The notes beneath the pieces are model-generated. The model searched no databases and had not been told where the DNA came from. It saw only the letters and a program-made list of their open reading frames with translations. DNA of 64,000 nucleotides from Amoebidium appalachense (taxonomy: Eukaryota > Protista > Ichthyosporea): assembly GCA_963693365.1 (NCBI GenBank), contig CAVNZM010000011.1:5785921-5849920 (forward strand), written 5' to 3'. Positions 47,226-64,000 of the stretch are shown here, piece after piece. Numbering within the stretch: position 1 is the stretch's first letter; each line of letters starts with the position of its first letter. The translations under genes were made by a program, and so were the position numbers.

Positions 47226-47746
47226 ATGCGCTTTAAATTTAATTGTACATGTTAAAACTTAAAATGGTTTAACAATATTTTGTCATTCGAATAATTGTTT
47301 AAAACTTGCATCGGTCTATGATGTCTTAACCGCTGATTCATTCTTCCTAGGTGTGTTTGTATGTGTTTATGATCAGGAACGGCTACTGAGTTTCGTGGGG
47401 TATGAACAGTTTGCCGATGATTTTACACAAAAAAAAGTTTGCAAAATTTCGCGTCTTTTTTCCACATTGAGCGCACAGTTCATAAGGCGCTAGGGTAAAC
47501 TGTACACCGCCGGGCTGATAGCCTGTGACAAGACCTTTCATTTGCAAAAATTTCAATCGATTTATAATATAGAATGATAACATCCCCCTACTTGTGTCAT
47601 TACTCAGACGGTTGAATTAAGGATTAATATGTGTGAAATTCTATTTCATATCCATGATTCTACGAGGGAGATTTTGACAGACTGTATTATTCTCTAATAC
47701 ATATTGATCTGGGGAGCGCAGGGAAGTAGCAGTAGCCCCCCCGTGG

Positions 47747-47794
<48 letters not shown>

Positions 47795-48009
47795 CCTCGC
47801 AGTCGCAGTGTCTGCGGACCCGAATTCAGAGTAAAAAAAAAGGTTGCAACCACTGTAACTAACCTTATCTGCTAAAGTTTTTTTTGGATTCTTACACTTT
47901 CAGTTATTGCTCGCAATTGAAGAGCGCTTGCACGCACGTGACCCCGTGTGTTTTTTGTGTGACTGTGTGACACCGACTGGTCCGTGTGAGTATGTGTGTG
48001 ATCGTGTTT

Positions 48010-48769
<760 letters not shown>

Positions 48770-48985
48770 GTGTGTGACAGCGTGTGTACATGTGTGTGAG
48801 CGCTGTACGTGTGTGTGACACTGTGTAGTGTATGTGCTTGGGCGCGTGACATGCCGCATATGCATGTGGTACTATTTTCGATCGCGTGTGTGTGTACATG
48901 TGTGCACGGTGTGTGAAACCGTTGCTGAGAGTAGAGATGGCCTGGTTGTCAAGGGGGGAGCTGGGGTGGGGAGGGGGGGGGGGGA

Positions 48986-49046
<61 letters not shown>

Positions 49047-50462
49047 AGTAACGGTAACGTTTGTACATCGGATATATATGGTCACATTTTTCGATAGACT
49101 ACAACTAGTAGTCAACTACTATTATAGTTGCTGTACTATTGAAACATGTGACTATATAAAGTATCCAGTGTGTAACCGCTTACACGTGCACACGCCAAGC
49201 CAAGCTTACGCGTACGAGTATTGATCATTGGGCCGTGTAAACCAACCTTTATAAAGACAGTGGGGTGCTTTTGCAACAAAAGCGAACTTTCTTGATGGTG
49301 AAATAACATGATGTATGCATATATGATAATATGATGGTCACAACTATTATAAACCCTGCGCTTATATATATATGCAGCTGACCTATAATTGATCCAAGTA
49401 GGAAAGGTAGTAAACACGGGTCTGAACACTTCTCTAGTTTTATTTGGTTTGAGTATGAAATCCTTATATGCACATGGCCGATAGTGAAAATGAAATAGAG
49501 CCTCAAAATACGGAATTGCTCCCCACAATGTTATTCGGGGGAGACTCCCTTGAATATATCCCTCCAATTACTGCCCAGTAAATATTTTCGAAGATACACG
49601 ATACACGTAACCGATGCCCGGGTTGATATGTACCTGCAGCAAAACAAAATACCTTTCTTATATTCATGGAATGTGGATTTTGAATACCATTCAGGCGGGG
49701 GGATTCAAACAAAGAAACAATTCGGTTGATTTTTCTACATATCAGGGCACAAACAGACTGTAAACATATATAAAGACCATCTTTAAAAAATAAAAAGACT
49801 TCTAACACACAACTTTTAATTTATTAGAGCTTTCTTTTAGAACTTTACGTTAAAATACATGGTTTTTCTCGTTTTGCAGATGTGTTAAGTTGTTGAAACA
49901 TTTGCGATAAACCCCTGCTTGCCAGTCTACAGAAAATAACCATCCACCTTTTGGAATGCTGTCCCGCAACCAACCAAAAAGTTTTACCGTATCGTAAGGG
50001 CTTTAAACGAAAATACCCGTTTAGTCCTAAATAGCTGACGTCATTTTATTAATGTCCGGGATGTGTTTAAATTGTAAAAAGCACAGATTAGCGTATGCAC
50101 AAAAGACTAAACGTGACTCGCACCGACTGTTAAAAGTGAATGATTTCGAAAGGGGAAAAAAACTTGATAGAATATGCCCAGGCCCTACAGATTTACAAGC
50201 TCACTTTCTGATGCTCCTGCAGGGCGTCAGACTGTGACTTGTGTCTCTGTTTACTCCTTGCTATTTGTAGTATAGATAGCACATATACTCCTTACTCGCA
50301 TTTGATTGTTTACATTTTCTCATTCCGTGGCCCCTTGCTGCCACCTGCGGGAGTTCAGTTGTGTATTAGTGTTGTAACTTAAACCTACATATAGAAGTCT
50401 CAGAAGGTTCAAGACAAATAGTATTACATAGGCAGGGCACAACGTAAATACTATCTTGAAAT

Positions 50463-63761
<13,299 letters not shown>

Positions 63762-63952
63762 GTAATAATATTTCTTCTTCCCCTTACCTCCTCCTCCCCC
63801 CCCCCCCCCCCCTTCCCCCTCTTCCCCTCTCTGTCTCCCTTCTCCCCTCCATCCCTAATCTTCCCCCTCATCCTCCCCCCTCCCCCCCCCCCCCCCCCCC
63901 TCCCCCAGGTTTCCTTGCTCTCTCATCTCTCTCCTTCTCTCTCTCTCTCCCC

Positions 63953-64000
<48 letters not shown>

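Overview
Eukaryotic, intron-rich genomic DNA. Protein similarities suggest an opisthokont, possibly a unicellular holozoan (inference only). The window is saturated with (CA)n/(GT)n, (CT)n and poly-C/poly-G tracts, so nearly all ORFs in the six-frame track are artefacts. Manual, phase-checked exon chaining gives five genes: (1) an intronless REX4/ISG20-like DEDDh exonuclease-fold gene with degenerate catalytic residues (+, 2645-3304); (2) a 12-exon CaMKK/SAK1-like kinase (-, 18291-6315); (3) LSm7, head-to-head with the kinase (+, 19238-22975); (4) a 26-exon TPR+UCS myosin chaperone, UNC-45 (+, 25264-47225); (5) the 5' part of a very large secreted/surface protein with Cys-rich repeats, EGF, split PA14, lectin-like modules, a Calx-beta-like module and a VWD start (+, from 50463, running off the window). 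Three TIR/foldback MITE-like elements and several minisatellites are also present. Most notable: a microsatellite-based intron architecture (poly-C just after donors, (CA)n running into acceptors), a poly-C-flanked intronic repeat family that is always in the host-gene sense orientation, a possible newborn 27-nt GC-AG intron that removes a premature stop, and a probable pseudo-nuclease. All family assignments come from motif recognition, not database searches.
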